Made by a program: the position numbers and the translations under genes. A stretch of 64,000 bases of DNA from the human T2T-CHM13v2.0 reference genome, Homo sapiens. Of this stretch, positions 13,739-28,332 are shown piece after piece (the first letter of the stretch is position 1; each line of letters starts with the position of its first letter). Under the pieces are notes generated by a model. That model ran no database searches and was not told where the DNA came from. It worked only from the letters and a program-made list of their open reading frames with translations. Location: the NCBI RefSeq assembly GCF_009914755.1, contig NC_060937.1, one strand, 5' to 3'.

Positions 13739-16700
13739 TTTTTTTCCCATAGGTTTTTGGGGAACAGGTGGTATTTGGTTACACAAGTAAGCTCTTCAGT
13801 GGTTATTTGTGAGATTTGGGTGTACCCATCACCGAAGCAGTAATCACTGAACCCAATTTGTAGTCTTTTATCCATCACCCCCTTCCTACCCTTTCCCCTT
13901 GAATCCCCAAAGTCTATTGTGTCATTCTTATTCCTTTGCATCCTCATAGTTTAGCTCCCACTTATGAGTGAGAACGTATGATGCTTGGTTTTCCATTCCT
14001 GAGTTACTTCACTTAGAATAATAGTCTCCAATCCCAACCAGGTTGCTGCAAATACCATTAATTCGTTCCTTTTTATGGCTGAGTAGTATTCCATCATATA
14101 TATATGTGTGTGTATATATATATACACACACATACACACACACCACAGTTTCTTTATCCGCTCATTTGTTGAAGGGCATTTGGGTTGGTTCTACATTTTT
14201 GCGATTGTGAATTGTGCTGCTATGAACATGTGGGTGCAAGTATATCCATTTTGTATAATGACTTCTTTTCCTCTGGGTAAATACTCAGTAGTGGGATTGC
14301 TGGATCAAATGGTAGTTCTACTTTTAGTTCTTTAAGGAATCTCCACACTGTTTTCCATAGTGGTTGTACTAGTTTACATTCCCCCCAGCAGTGTAGAAGT
14401 GTTCTCTGTTCACCGCATCCACACCAACATCTATTATTTTTTGATTTTTTGATTATGGCCCATTCTTGCAGGAGTAAGGTGGTATGGCATTGTGGTTTTG
14501 ATTTGCATTTCCCTGATCACTAGTGATGTTGAGCATTTTTTCACGTTTGTTGGTCATTTGCATTTCTTTTGAGAATTGTCTATTCATGTCCTTGGCCCAT
14601 TTTTTGATGGGATTTTTTTTTCTTGCTAATTTGTTTGAGTTTGTTGTAGATTCTGGATATTAGTCCTTTGTCAGATGTATAGATTGTGAAGATTTTCTCC
14701 TACTCTGTGGGTTGTCCTTTTACTCTGCTGACTGTTCCTTTTGCTGCACAAAAGCTCTTTAGTTTAATTAAGTCCCAGCTATTTATCTTGGTTTTTATTG
14801 CCTTTGCTTTTGGGTTTTTGGTCATGAAATCCTTGCCTAAGCCAATGTCTAGAAAAGTTTTTCCAATGTTGTCTTTTAGAATTTTTATAGTTTCAGGTCT
14901 TAGATTTAAGTCCTTGATCTATCTTGAGTTTATTTCTGTATAAGGTGAGAGATGAGGATCCAGTTTCATTCTCCTACATGTTGCTTGCCAATTATCCCAG
15001 CACCATTTGTTGAATAAGATGTCCTTTCTCCACTTTATGTTTTTGTTTGCTTTGTCAAAGATCAGTTGGCTATAGGTATTTGGGTTTATTGCTGGGTTCT
15101 CTATTCTGTTCCATTGGTCTATGTGCCTATTTTTATACCAGTACCATGCTGTTTTGGTGACTATGGCCTCATAGTATAGTTTGAAATCAGGTAATGTGAT
15201 GCCTCCAGATTTGTTCTTTTTGCTTAGTCTTGCTTTGGCTATGTGGGCTCTTTTTTCATTCCATGTGAATTTTAGGATTTTTTTTTTTCTAGTTCTGTGA
15301 AGAATGATGGTGGTATTTTGATGGGAATTGCATTGAATTTCTAGATTGCTTTTGGCACTATGGTCATTTTCACAATATTGATTCTACCCATCCATGAGCA
15401 TGGGATGTGTTTCCATTTGTTTGTGTTGTCTATCATTTCTTTCAGCAGTGTTTTGTGGTTTTCCTTGTAGAGATCTTTTACCTCCTTGGTCAGATATATT
15501 CCTATGTATTTTATTTTATTTTTTGCAGCTATTGTAAAAAGAGTTGAGATCTTGATTTGATTCTCAGCTTGGTCACTGTTGGTGTAGAGGAGAGCTACTG
15601 ATTTGTGTACACTAATTTTGTATCTGGAAACTTTGCTGGATTAATTTATCAGTTCTAGGAGCTTTCTGGAGGAGTCTTTAGGGTTTTCTAGGCATACAAT
15701 CGTATCATCAGCAAACAGTGACAGTTTGGCTTCCTCTTCACCAATTTGGATGCCCTTTCTTTCTCTTGTCTGATTGCTTTGGCTAGGCCTTCCAGTACTA
15801 TGTTGAGGAGAAGTGGTGAGAGTGGGCATCCTTGTCTTGTTCCAGTTCTCAGAGGGAATGCTTTCAACCTTTCCCCATTCAGTATTATGTTGGCTGTGGA
15901 TTTGTCATAGATGGCTTTTACTACATTGAGGTATGTCCCTGGTATGCCAATTTTGCTGAGAGTTTTAATTATAAAGGGATTCTGGATTTTGTTGAGTGCT
16001 TTTTCTGTGTCTATTGAGATGATCATGTGATTTTTGTTTTTAATTCGTTTATGTTGTGAATCACATTTATTGACTTGGATATGGTAAACCATTCCTGCAT
16101 CCCTGGTATGAAACCCACTTGATTGTGGTGGATTGTCTTTTTGATATGTTATTGGATTCGGTTAGTTAGTATTTTGTTAAGGATTTTTACATCTATGTTC
16201 ACCAGGGATATTGGTGTGTAGTTTTCTCTTTTCAGTATGTCCTTTCCTGGTTTTGGTATTAGGGTGACACTGGCTTCACAGAATGATTAAGGGAGGATTC
16301 CCTCTTTGTTTCCCTGTGGAATAGTGTCAATAGGATTGGTACCAATTCTTCTTTGAATGTCTGGTAGAATTTTTTTTGTTAGTAATTTTTAAAATTACCA
16401 TTTCAATCTCACTGCTTGTTATTGGTCTGTTCAGGGTATCTAATTCTTCCTGATTTAAGCTAGGAGGATTGTATATTGCCAGGAATTTGTCTGTCTCCTC
16501 TAGGTCTTCTAGTTTATGCATGTAAAAGTGTTCATAGTAGCCTTGAATGATCTTCTGTATTTCTGTGGTGTCAGTTGTAATATCTCCCGTTTTGTTTCTA
16601 ATTGAATTTATTTGGATTTTCTCTCTTCTTTTCTTGGTTAATCTTGCTGAGGGTCTATCAATTTTATTTATCTTTTCAAAGAACCAACTTTTTGTTTCAT

Positions 16701-17562
16701 TTTTCTTTCTTTTTGTTTCAATTTCATTTAGTTCTGCTCTGATCTTGGTTATTTCTTTTCTTCTGCTTGGTTTGAATTTGATTAGTTCTTGTTTCTCTAG
16801 TTCCTTGAGGTGTGACCTTAGATTGTCTATTTGTGCTCTTTCAGACTTTTTGATGTAGGCATTTAGGGCCACTAACTTTCCTCTTAGCTACCTTTGCTGT
16901 ATCCCAGAGGTTTCGTTAGGTTGTGTCACTATTGTCATTCAGTTCTAAAAATTTTTAAATTTCCATCATGATTTCATTGTTGACCCAATAATCATTCAGG
17001 AGCAGGTTATTTAATTTCCATATATTTGCATGGTTTTGAGTATTCCTTTTGGAGTTGATTTCCAGTTTTATTCCACTGTGGTCTGAGAGAGTGCTTATAT
17101 AATTTCAATTTTCTTAAATTTATTGGGACTTGTTTTGTGGCTTATCATATGGTCTGTCTTGGAGAAAGTTCCATGCACTGATGAATAGAAAGTATATTCT
17201 GCAGTGTTGGGTAGAATGTTCTGTAAATATCTGTTAAGTCCATTTGTTCCAAGGTATAGTTTAAATCCATTGTTTCTTTGTTGACTTCTTGTCTTGATGA
17301 CCTGTCTAGTGCTGTCAGTGGAGTATTGTGTTGGTGTCTATCTCATTTCTTAGGTCCAGTAGTAATTGTTTGATAAATTTGGGAGCTCCAATGTTAGGTG
17401 CATATATATTTAGGATTGTGATATTTTCCTGTTGGACAAGGCCTTTTATCATTATATAATCTTCCTCTTTGTCTTTCTAAACTGCTATTGCTTTAAAGTT
17501 TGTTTTGTCTGACATAAGAATAGCTACTCCTTCTCGCTTTTGGTGTTCATTTGCATGGAATG
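13739..17562 (-). mobile_element. 5'-truncated L1PB (L1PB1-like), ORF2 remnants
   Basis: ORF2 peptides ([38 protein letters not shown]) with frameshifts; L1PB-type 3' end; TSD-like aat(t/g)actctaat at both ends. Confidence 0.92.
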
Positions 17563-17647
17563 AATGACTCTAATATTTTGAGGCTAGTTTTCACTCAGAT
17601 CTTTGTATAATAGTATCAGTCTTTATGAATACTACCATGAGATAGAT

Positions 17648-18195
17648 TTTTTATAGGCTTCATTTTTTAGAGCAGGTCATGGAAAAATTGAGTGGAAAGT
17701 ACAGTTTCCCATATATGCACAGCCTCCCCAACCATCAACACCCCCCCACCTGAGAGTGGTACATTTGTTATAATTGGTGAACCTACACTGACAAACCATT
17801 ATCACCCACAGCCCAGAGTTTACATTAGGGTTCTCTCTTGATGTTGCACATTCTGTGGATTTGGACGAATGTACAATGACATGTATCCAACATTGTGGAA
17901 TCATATGGAAGAGTTTAACTGCCCTAAAACTCCTGTGTTTCACCTTTTTATCCTTTCTTGCCCCCACGCCCTAGCAACTGCTGATCTTTTTACTGTCTCC
18001 ATAGCTTTGTCTTTTCCAGAATGTCATATAGTAGGTATCATAATATGTAACCTTTTCAGATTGGTTTCTTTCACTTGGTAATATGTGTTTAAGTTTCCTC
18101 CATGACTTTTCATGGCTTAATTGCTTATTTCTTTTTAATGCAGAATAATATTTAATTGTATGAATGTACCATAGCTTATTTATCCATTCACTGTG
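17648..18195 (-). mobile_element. L1MC-type 3'UTR fragment
   Basis: ggtacatttgttataattggtgaacctacactgaca...ttttccagaatgtcatatag. Confidence 0.7.
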
Positions 18196-18249
18196 TGATT
18201 GATTTTTGATATGGATTCTAATTTGTTAGGGGGATGGATCTATATATAT

Positions 18250-18424
18250 CTTTTTCTTTTTAGAGGCGGGGTCTTGCTATGTTGCCTAGGCTACTAGAGT
18301 ACAGTGGCTATTTACAGGCGTGATCATAGCACACTGCAGCCTCGAACTCCTGGGCTCAAGTGATCCTCCCTCCTCACCCTCCTAAGCAGCTGGGACTACA
18401 GATGCATGCCGCAGTGTCTGGCTG
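18250..18424 (-). mobile_element. FAM (fossil Alu monomer)
   Basis: Monomer that retains the 7SL-derived gtggctatttacaggcgtgatc segment. Confidence 0.75.
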
Positions 18425-18614
18425 GGGCCTATATAATATACATTTCCTTTATTCCACTCTCAAACCCATCCAATTGCCTAATAGAGACCCTGCAGGCAGA
18501 AGACTCAATAAATCCTAGTAAAAATCCTAGTCAGTCTGCCAGCAACCCACACACTCAGGTGTACCTCTGATATCTTGGATGCATTTTTGTGTTTACATTG
18601 TGTGTTGTTCCTTA

Positions 18615-18866
<252 letters not shown>

Positions 18867-19392
18867 TCAATTCAACGATTGCATTGAATAAGATTTTGGT
18901 GGGAAAGAGAAAGGAAACTTAGATCTGTCTCTCTCAAGGTGCCAAAGGGAGTTTGAGGGTTTGGGAGATCTGCCATTTTTCCCCAGTGAGGAAGGCTGTC
19001 GGGTAGTGGGAAGATTAAGGCCTTTGAAGAGAGAAGTGTTGGGGCTGACATTCCAGCTCACTCTGTTTGGTCACACATTCACTCAACATGTACTTATCAA
19101 GTGCCTAGTGCGTGTCAGCCCAGTGCTGGATGCCTGATATGACAGTGATGGTCAACCTGTACAGATGTGTGGGTATGAGTGGGTGATGCAATGAAAATGC
19201 CAACTACAACGTAATGAGAGGAATGCTCACACAGTGAATGGTGTGGCTGCTAATTGAAAAAACAGGCGAAAGTCAGGGAGTCATCAAAAAAAGGTAAAAT
19301 GGAAGTGTATATTAACATGTCATTTAAAAGGTAAGACAATGTACAGGTCTGATGATTGGGCTCTGTGATCATTTTTGCTCAAATCACACCAA

Positions 19393-19670
<278 letters not shown>

Positions 19671-20673
19671 GAGTTTTGTTTTTTAAAGCATTCAACTTGG
19701 TTTTCATTTCATAGCAACAAGTTTCTTTTTATATTCATTTTGTCCATTTTTATGACAATTGAATTTTGGAACTAAACTGGTAAGGACAACTGAAAAACAA
19801 GCCTAGTGGCTTTTGATAAGTGCTTAACAGTGGGAGCTGAGTGGCTGGAGCCATGGTGAGGGGCTTCTAGCTGTGGTATCAGCCAACATGCTCTTGGTGG
19901 GGGTGAGGAGCCCCAGCTCACTACTTAAGGGGATGTCAGTTAGGAGAGCGCCGTGCATCCCATGATTGAGGTCAATACAGGCTTCCATGAGAGCTCATGG
20001 GAGGGAACTTAACCGGGCTTTGAAGCTGAGAAGATTTCCACCTCCAATGGAAGGTAAATCTGTAGCATGCAAAGGAGGAGTCCCAGCATAAGCACTGTGT
20101 GGTTGGAGGCTGGAGTGGGGATGGGTTAGAGGTGACACAGGATTCAGGAGAGGCAGGCAGGGCCTGCAGCAGCTATTCTTTAAGAGTTAGGTCAGGGGCA
20201 TGAATTGGTACTGGGGGTAAGTGTACTCTATTGAGAGGGAATCAGGCAGAGACAAGGCTCAGCGAGAAAAAGTACCATGATTGATTAGTGCTATGTCTCC
20301 CATGAATATGGCTATCATTTTCACGTTAATTGGGTCCAGTCACCTGGAAGATACTTCGTGTTGTAGTATGAGTTTTTGAATGAAGATAGCTTAGTCCCTT
20401 CACTGAAGCCTTCCATGATTAGATCCATGAAGCTGGTAACTTCCATGATTTGCAAATCTTAATAGCTGGACACCAAATGCCTTTGGTCTCTTGGTAAAGG
20501 AGCTATTTGTTTTCCAATTTTTGCATTAATATTCCTTTCCTGGAGTACCCCACTCCCCCAAATCTGTGTTAGATCCCTTACTGTGTGGTCCCACAGTGTC
20601 CCCTTCCCATCACAGGGCCTAACCATTCTATATGGTAATTCCCTACTTTCTTATCTATCCTTCCAAGAATAGA

Positions 20674-21795
20674 CCAATGAAACCTGAGAAGCTCACTCTT
20701 TCTGGAGCATTCTCTTTCAAAGGAGCTCTGATCTGAGAACCAGAAAACACGGCTGCCCTGGGGAGCATCCTTATTGGGAAGTAAGACAGTCCACACCACT
20801 GAAATGCCAAGGTGACTCGCTCTGTGTTCAGATCCCCCACCTGCCCCTGCCACCAAGAAAGAAACTCACTGGGGCCCTAGACTGTGCCTGCCATGCTCGG
20901 TATTTCATCCCTGGCAGCCAGGACCACATCAGCCCTGTAGGCACTGAAGTGAGTGAATGAGCCCTTCCACCTTCTTTACAGTACATGCAGAAGGGGAGAG
21001 GCGGTGGGATGCAGACAGGAGAGCCAGCACGTGGTGGAAAATGGTGGAGTGGTGCCTACCTTCACGTCTCCTCTTAATCCGTAAGATTGTTTCCTTGAAC
21101 TTTTCATAATTTTTCTTCAGCCTAAAAGGAAAGTGGATCATCTTTAGAAGCCAAGACTAAGTTCACGCATACATGCCATCACACACAGTGCAGACAGTAC
21201 TGGAGCCTGCAGAGTCTCTTTCGCAGGTGGAAATGGGGCCAATGGCTTTGCTTTCTAGGCCAGCTTTCTTCGAGTCAATGCCCAGGAGTAAAGGGATGGT
21301 GCATGATATCCATTTAGTGCTTCCCTCATATGGTCTGACCCACAACCAGGGCATACAGCTGAACCCTAAACCCTTCGAAACGAATTCAACTAGGGTAATC
21401 TTGGGGGCAGCTGACAGAGCAGGGAGGTCCAAATGCAAGTATGGCCCTATTATTAACTCACACAGATGGATTTGATTTTCTGCAGCTTGTCTATATCCCA
21501 GTGAAACCCAGAACCACCTGAAACCCCTTTGCATTTAGTAGGACAATTTCAAATAGCCTTACTCAAAAGGACTTATCATGAAAGCCACACGAGTCACAGC
21601 TCTTCAACATGATCAAGCCCTTTTCTCCCTCTCATGTTAACACACAGAGTGAGTCATCCTGGCGTTTCAGTGGTGTGGACTGTTTTCCTTCCAAATAAGT
21701 GTGCTCTCCAGGGCAGCTGTGTTTTCTAGTTCTCAGATCAGAGCCCCTTTGAAAGGGAATGTGCCAGAAAGAGTAAGCTTCCCAGGCTTAATTGG
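20674..21795. repeat. 154-bp inverted repeat (arms 20674-20827 and 21642-21795) flanking coding exon 8
   Basis: Hand alignment of arm 1 with the reverse complement of arm 2 is ungapped, 134/154 identical. Confidence 0.92.
21060..21121 (-). CDS. ERICH6B: ERICH6B coding exon 8
   Basis: tttccttttAG|GCTGAAG...GAAG|GTAGGC; 62 nt, phase 2 to 1; LKKNYEKFKETILRIKRRRE. Confidence 0.9.
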
Positions 21796-22801
21796 ATCTG
21801 AAAAGGAGGCCTTTGCCATTGCAGATTTTAAATCCTTAGATCAGATTCCTTGAAGAGGGCATATTAATTTAGCCCAGAGTAACTCCAGGAAGCAAACATC
21901 CTTTGCTGGAAAGGGCTGCACTGTTACCTAGCACAGAGCAATGGTTCCCTTATTCGTACCCTAGAAGCAATAGGGAAATTTGAGAATGAGTCCATGGCCC
22001 ATTTGTACCAAATGTTATTCACTTATAATGCAAGGACTTTTAATGGAATTGAAGCAGTTACCTAGCCTATTGGCACCTGTGAAAAAATAAGGACCAAGGA
22101 ATGGGTGGAGTGGGGGCCTATCCTTTATGCTCAGAGCAGGATACCAAACACAGATAACAGTTAAACTCCAGTGAGGGGATCTAGCCAGAGGCACCCAAGG
22201 CCCTTTTGGGAAGACTGGCTGTTCGTCTCTTGTTTTTTGCCCACCTTTGCAAGCGAGTGGAATCCCCATCAGGCGGCTCTTCAATACCAGAGACTGGGGT
22301 GCACTCTACTGTATCCCTAGAGCCTAAATTAGCACATAGTAGGTGCACATGAAATATCTGTTGAATGCAATTAGGTTAGAATCAGCCTTTGATACTGTCT
22401 AAATGGGAAGAGAGGGAGAAAATGGCACAGAGGCAGTGGGATAACGTATAGAGATATTATTTGGTGTTTTTTTTTTGCTGATCCAAAAGCTTGGGAGTTC
22501 TTTGTGTTTTGCCTTCCCATTTCCCAGAGAAGCCCTGGGGGTCTCTTGCCCCATGCCTCTACTGAGTCCACAGTGGAAGTCAATCTCTTCCTGACTTTTG
22601 TGAACACCTGAACTTGCCCACGTGATTAGGTAGGGCACCTTGTTTCACACAGCCTCTCCCTGGTGCCACTGCTGGAGAGTCTGCAACAGACCCATGGGGG
22701 CACAAACTCATACCTGGCTCTCCAGGTTTCTGAGAGTGGATAAAGGAAAGAGCAGGCTTCCATTCTGAGAGCATGCCTGCACCACAGGCTGGGTGTATGT
22801 A

Positions 22802-25045
22802 TGATATAGTTTGACTGTCTTGCCACCCAAATCTTATCTTGAATTCCCATGTGTGGTGAGAGGAACCTGGTGGGAGGTAACTGAACCATGGGGGCATCTT
22901 TTCCATGCTGTTCTTGTGATAGTGAAAAAGTCTCATGAGATCTGAATGTTATTGAATTTCTCTGTACAAGCTCTCTTCTCTTGTCTGCCACCATGTGAGA
23001 TGTGCTTTTCACCTTCCACCATGATTCTGAGGCCTCCCCAGCCATGTGGAACTGTAAGTCCACTAAATCTCTTTCTTTTGTAAATTGCCCAGTCTTGGGC
23101 ATGTCTTTATCAGCAGTGTGAAAACAGACTAATACAGTAAATTTGTACCAGTAGAGTGGGGTGCTGCTCAAAGATACCTGAAAATGCGGAAGTGACTTTG
23201 GAACTAGGTAACAGGCAGGAGTTGGAACAGTTTGGAGGCCTCAGAAGAAGACAGGAAAATACGGGAAAGTTTGGAACTTCCTAGAGACTTGTTGAATGGC
23301 TTTGCCCAAAATGCTGACAAAAAAGTCCAGGCTGAGGTGGTCTCAGATGGAAATGAGGAACTTGTTGGGAACTGGAGCAAAGGTGAGCCTTTTATGTTCT
23401 AGCAAAGAGACTGGCAGCATTTTTGCCCCTGCCCTAGAGATTTGTGAAACTTTGAACTTGAGGGAGATGATTTAGTGTAGCTGGTGGAAGAAATTTCTAA
23501 GCAGCAAAGCATTCAAGAGGTGACTTGGGTGCTGTTAAAGGCATTCAGTTTACTAAGGGAAGCAGAGCATAAAATATCAGAAAACTTGCAGCCTGACAAT
23601 GCAATAGAAAAGAAAATCCTATTTTCTGAGAAGAAAATCAAGCCAGCTGCAGAAATTTGCATAAGTAACGAGGAGCTGAATGTTAATCCCCAAGACAATG
23701 GGGAGAATGTCTCCAGGGTGTCAGAGGTCTTCACAGCAGCCCCTCCCATCACAGGCCTGAAGGCCTAGGAGGAAGAAATGGTTTCATGGGCCAGGCCCAG
23801 GGTCCCTGTGTTGTGTGCGGCCTAGGGGACTTGGTGCCTTGCATACCAGCTGCTCCAGCCATAGCTGAAAGGGGCCAACATAGAGCTTGGGCCTTGGCTT
23901 CAGAGGGTGTAAACCCCAAGCCTTGGCAGCTACCACATGATGTTGAGCCTGTGAGTGCACAGAAGTCAAGAATTGGGGTTTGGGAACCTCTGCCTAGATT
24001 TCAGAGGATGTATGGAAACATCTGGATGCCTAGGCAGAAGTTTGCTGTAGGGGCGGGGTCCTCATGGAGAATCTCTGCTAGTGCAGTGTGGATGGGAAAT
24101 GTGGGGTCAGATCCCTCACACAGAGTCCCTACTGGGGCACCACCTAATGGAGCTATGAGAAGAGGGCCACCGTCCTCCAGACCCCAGAATGGTGGATCCA
24201 CTGACAGCTTGCACTGTACATTTGGAAAAGCCTTAGACACTCAATGCCAGCTCATGAAAGCATCTGGGAGGGAGGCTATACCCTGCAAAGCCACAGGGGC
24301 AGAGCTGCCCAAGACCATGGGAACGCACCTCTTGCATTAGCATGACCTGGATGTGAGACATGGAGTTAAAGAAGATTATTTTGGAACTTTAGGGTTTAAT
24401 GACTGTCCTATTGGATTTTGGACTTTCATGGGGCCTGTAGCCCCTTCGTTTTGGCCAATTTCTCTCAGTTAGAACAGCTGTATTCATCCAATGCCTGTAC
24501 GCCCACTGTATCTAGGAAGTAACTAACTTGCTTTTGATTTTACAGGCTCATAGGCAGAAGGGACTTGCCTTGTCTCAGATGAGACTTCGGACTGTAAACT
24601 TTTGAATTAATGCTGAAATGAGTTAAGACTTTGGGGGACTGTTGGGAAGGCATGATTGGTTTTGAAATGTGAGGATATGAGACTGAGAGGGGCTGGTGGT
24701 GGGATGATGTGGTTTGGCTGTGTTCCCACCCAAATCTCATCTTGAATTCCCACGTGTTGTGAGAGGGACCCAGTGGGAGGTAATTGAATCATGGGGGCAG
24801 GTCTTTCCAGTTCTGTTCTCGTAATAGTGAGTAAGTCTCATGAGATCTGATGGTTATTATAAGGAGGAGTTTCCCTGAAAAAGCTGTCTTCACTTGTCTA
24901 CCACCAAGTAAGATGTGCCTTTCACCTTCTGCCATGATTGTGAGGCCTCCTCAGTCACATGGAACTGTAAGTCCATTAAATATCTTTCTTTTGTAAATTG
25001 CCCAGTCTTGGGTTTTTATCAGCAGCATGAAAATGAACTAATACA
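22802..25045 (+). mobile_element. Full-length THE1 (THE1C-like) MaLR: LTR 22802-23136, internal 23137-24704, LTR 24705-25045
   Basis: Two direct LTRs tgat...aataca; internal starts gtaaatttgtaccagtagagtgggg; TSD atgta/gtgta (4/5 match). Confidence 0.92.
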
Positions 25046-25646
25046 GTGTACAAATGGCTGGAACAGTTTGTGACCTGGGGCCTTGCCAGCTAGAAAGACC
25101 TGATGCCAGTGACACAGGTCTACAATAACCTTACAGGGGCCCTGGCCATGACCCCAGGTCAGTGAAGCTCAAGGCTCTCCCTCCTTCAGGATGCATGGAA
25201 AAGCATTAGCTCACCTAGCGTGAAGCCAGGGAATTTGGTGGGCAGATGCCCCAGGTCTTGATTCCCCAGTGTCTTCTCCTTAAGTGCCAGGGGTCTGAAC
25301 TTTGCTCCCTAGACTTTTGTACAAGTTCATGGTCCCTGCAAGCCTTTTCTTACCCTGAATTTCCAGCCTCTGTCACCATCTGCCTTGATCTTATCCTGTA
25401 CCTCCCATGCTTGCAATATCCTTGCTCTTGAGTTTGATTTTGGTCTGGCAGCTGGATCATTCTGCCCATCTGACCCCTGGATCTCACCCTTTCCCTGTGC
25501 TTGGCCTGTTCCTGCTCCTTGACTCAGGGAACCTGTCTGGTCCTGACTTGCTCTTTTTTGTTGATGGCTCAGTTTACACTTTCCCTGCTGCCACCTCTGG
25601 CATACCCAAATCCACTGACCAATCACTTGGCCTCACCAGTTACTTA

Positions 25647-25784
<138 letters not shown>

Positions 25785-25904
25785 CTACAAAAGGATCAAA
25801 GAATGAAATATTCAGAAAATGGAAATTAATGATTTGTTAGTTAATCACTTTTCTGACTCTCAAAGGTACTGTGTGACACTTCAACATATTATTCTAAAAA
25901 TACA

Positions 25905-26098
25905 AAAATGGGAACCAGGGGCAGGGGGAGGGAGAGCAACAGAAAGGATAGCTAATGGATGCTGGGCTTAATACCTAGGTGATGGGCTGATCTGTGCAGC
26001 AAACCACCATGGCACACGTTTACCTGTGTAACAAACTTGCACATCCTGTACCCTGAATTTAAAAGTTGAAGATAAAAAAACAAAAGGAAAAAGAAAAC
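25905..26098 (+). mobile_element. L1PA 3' end fragment
   Basis: gcttaatacctaggtgatgg...ccatggcacacgtttacctgtgtaacaaac followed by an A-rich tail. Confidence 0.8.
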
Positions 26099-26387
26099 GG
26101 GACCCATAAGATGGTTAGCAAGAATTCTTTTAAAGAGTATTTCCATTATCATCATATCCTCTTCTTGTTCCTCAATTTCCTTAAAATTTTTTTTTAAACA
26201 TCAACATGCCAAAAAATCTTTGGAGAACATACAATTATCTTCTTTTTTCAAATGTGGAGATGGCTATGGAATGTAAAAATGCTTCCATGCTTTAAGAGCG
26301 TAACAAGTTTTCTGCATTCTACAAATGGCCAAGCTCCCAATGGTGATTTATTTATTCAATGTGAAGAATGAGTCTTCAGAAAAGTAG

Positions 26388-26758
<371 letters not shown>

Positions 26759-27569
26759 ACAAGCTGCCTTTTTATTTGGCCAGTTTGATCATTCTTTTCC
26801 ATGTCTGTGCTGCTGACCAGGATTGACCCATAGGTGGGTCCTCACAAGAGTTTGTGTTTTGGATCCCTTTTGATGGAAAGTGAAGCTGGCTTCTTAGGAC
26901 AGCCAGGGATCGGTCATGTTCCCTGTTCTTTGCTTACCAACAGGTTGAGATTGCTGTTGTTCAATGTATGATCATGGAAAATATACCATTAACTCACTAT
27001 CTTCCTACAGCAAGTGAAAGACCAACATATCCGAAGTTTCACATGATCTGGGACAGATACAAGTTTATGGCTTATGGCTGGCCAGTGTTTCTAGGTTGGG
27101 AGAAAGCTGGGGTGCTTTAGGTCCGACTTGCCTGATTCCTAGCCTCTGAGCCCTGTCTGTCTCTATTTCTTGAGTCAGTGCTTCAGGACAGGTTGAGGTG
27201 AAGGCCTTTGCTGCCCATATTCCTGCCTCTAAATTCCTCATTGTTGACAATCCCTCCTTTGGGATGAAGTGACTTTCTGTTTGCCTAGGCCAATGATCTA
27301 TCCCCATTCTGTTTGCATTTTATGTTCTGTTCTCCAGAAAACAGAATGTCTGTTGTGGTCTGCTGGATGGCCGACCACCTGGGTGGGTCTAACTGAGGTT
27401 CTCTAAACTGTGCCACCCCACTCTATGCAGCCAGCATATGTGACGTCTTATGGGGTTTATTCCATTTGTTTGCCTAGCCTACAGAGTGGAACTATCCCTA
27501 TCATCATGGTAGGTGTATTGGGGACCTCACTGATGAGGTCTCCCATGCCCAGAGACCTCTCCTGGGTTA

Positions 27570-27815
<246 letters not shown>

Positions 27816-27954
27816 TCAAGTTGTCAGAATAACTGAACTATAGGTTGATAGACCCCCTCCAAATAGGAGGGCTTTAGCTTCCTCTCCTTGGCTTGTACCC
27901 CTCTGGTTTCTGGTAGTCTCTCAAAATGTGCCTCAGAAGTTTACTTAAACAAGT

Positions 27955-28332
27955 CTTGCAGCCGCAGGTTCTGTGTGGCATTCACCCCATTGCAGCCGCA
28001 GGTTCCATGTGGCTTTTTGCCCCATTGCAGCTGCAGGTTCCATATGGTATTTGCCCCATTGCAGCTGCAGGTTCCGTGTGACATTCACTCCATTGCAGCT
28101 GCAGGTTCCATATGGCATTCGCTCCATTGCAGCTGCAGGTTCCATATGGCACTCACTCCATTGCAGCTGCAGGTGCCGTGTGGCATTCGCTCCATTGCAG
28201 CTGCAGGTTCCATATGGCATTCACTCCATTGCAGCTGCAGGTGCCGTGTGGCATTCACTCCACTGCAGCTGCAGGTTCCATGTGGCATTCGCTCCACTGC
28301 AGCTGCAGGTTCCGTGTGGCATTCACTCCATT
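27955..28332. repeat. Minisatellite, 34-bp unit, 11 copies (cattgcagctgcaggttccRtRtggcattcRctc)
   Basis: Unit starts are exactly 34 bp apart (28091, 28125, 28159, 28193, 28227, 28261, 28295). Confidence 0.95.

Noticed and set aside
15641-16872. Reverse-transcriptase-like ORFs
   Set aside because: Frameshifted ORF2 pieces of a 5'-truncated L1PB; not an active element
23484-24340. 94-aa and 184-aa ORFs
   Set aside because: THE1 internal-region remnants
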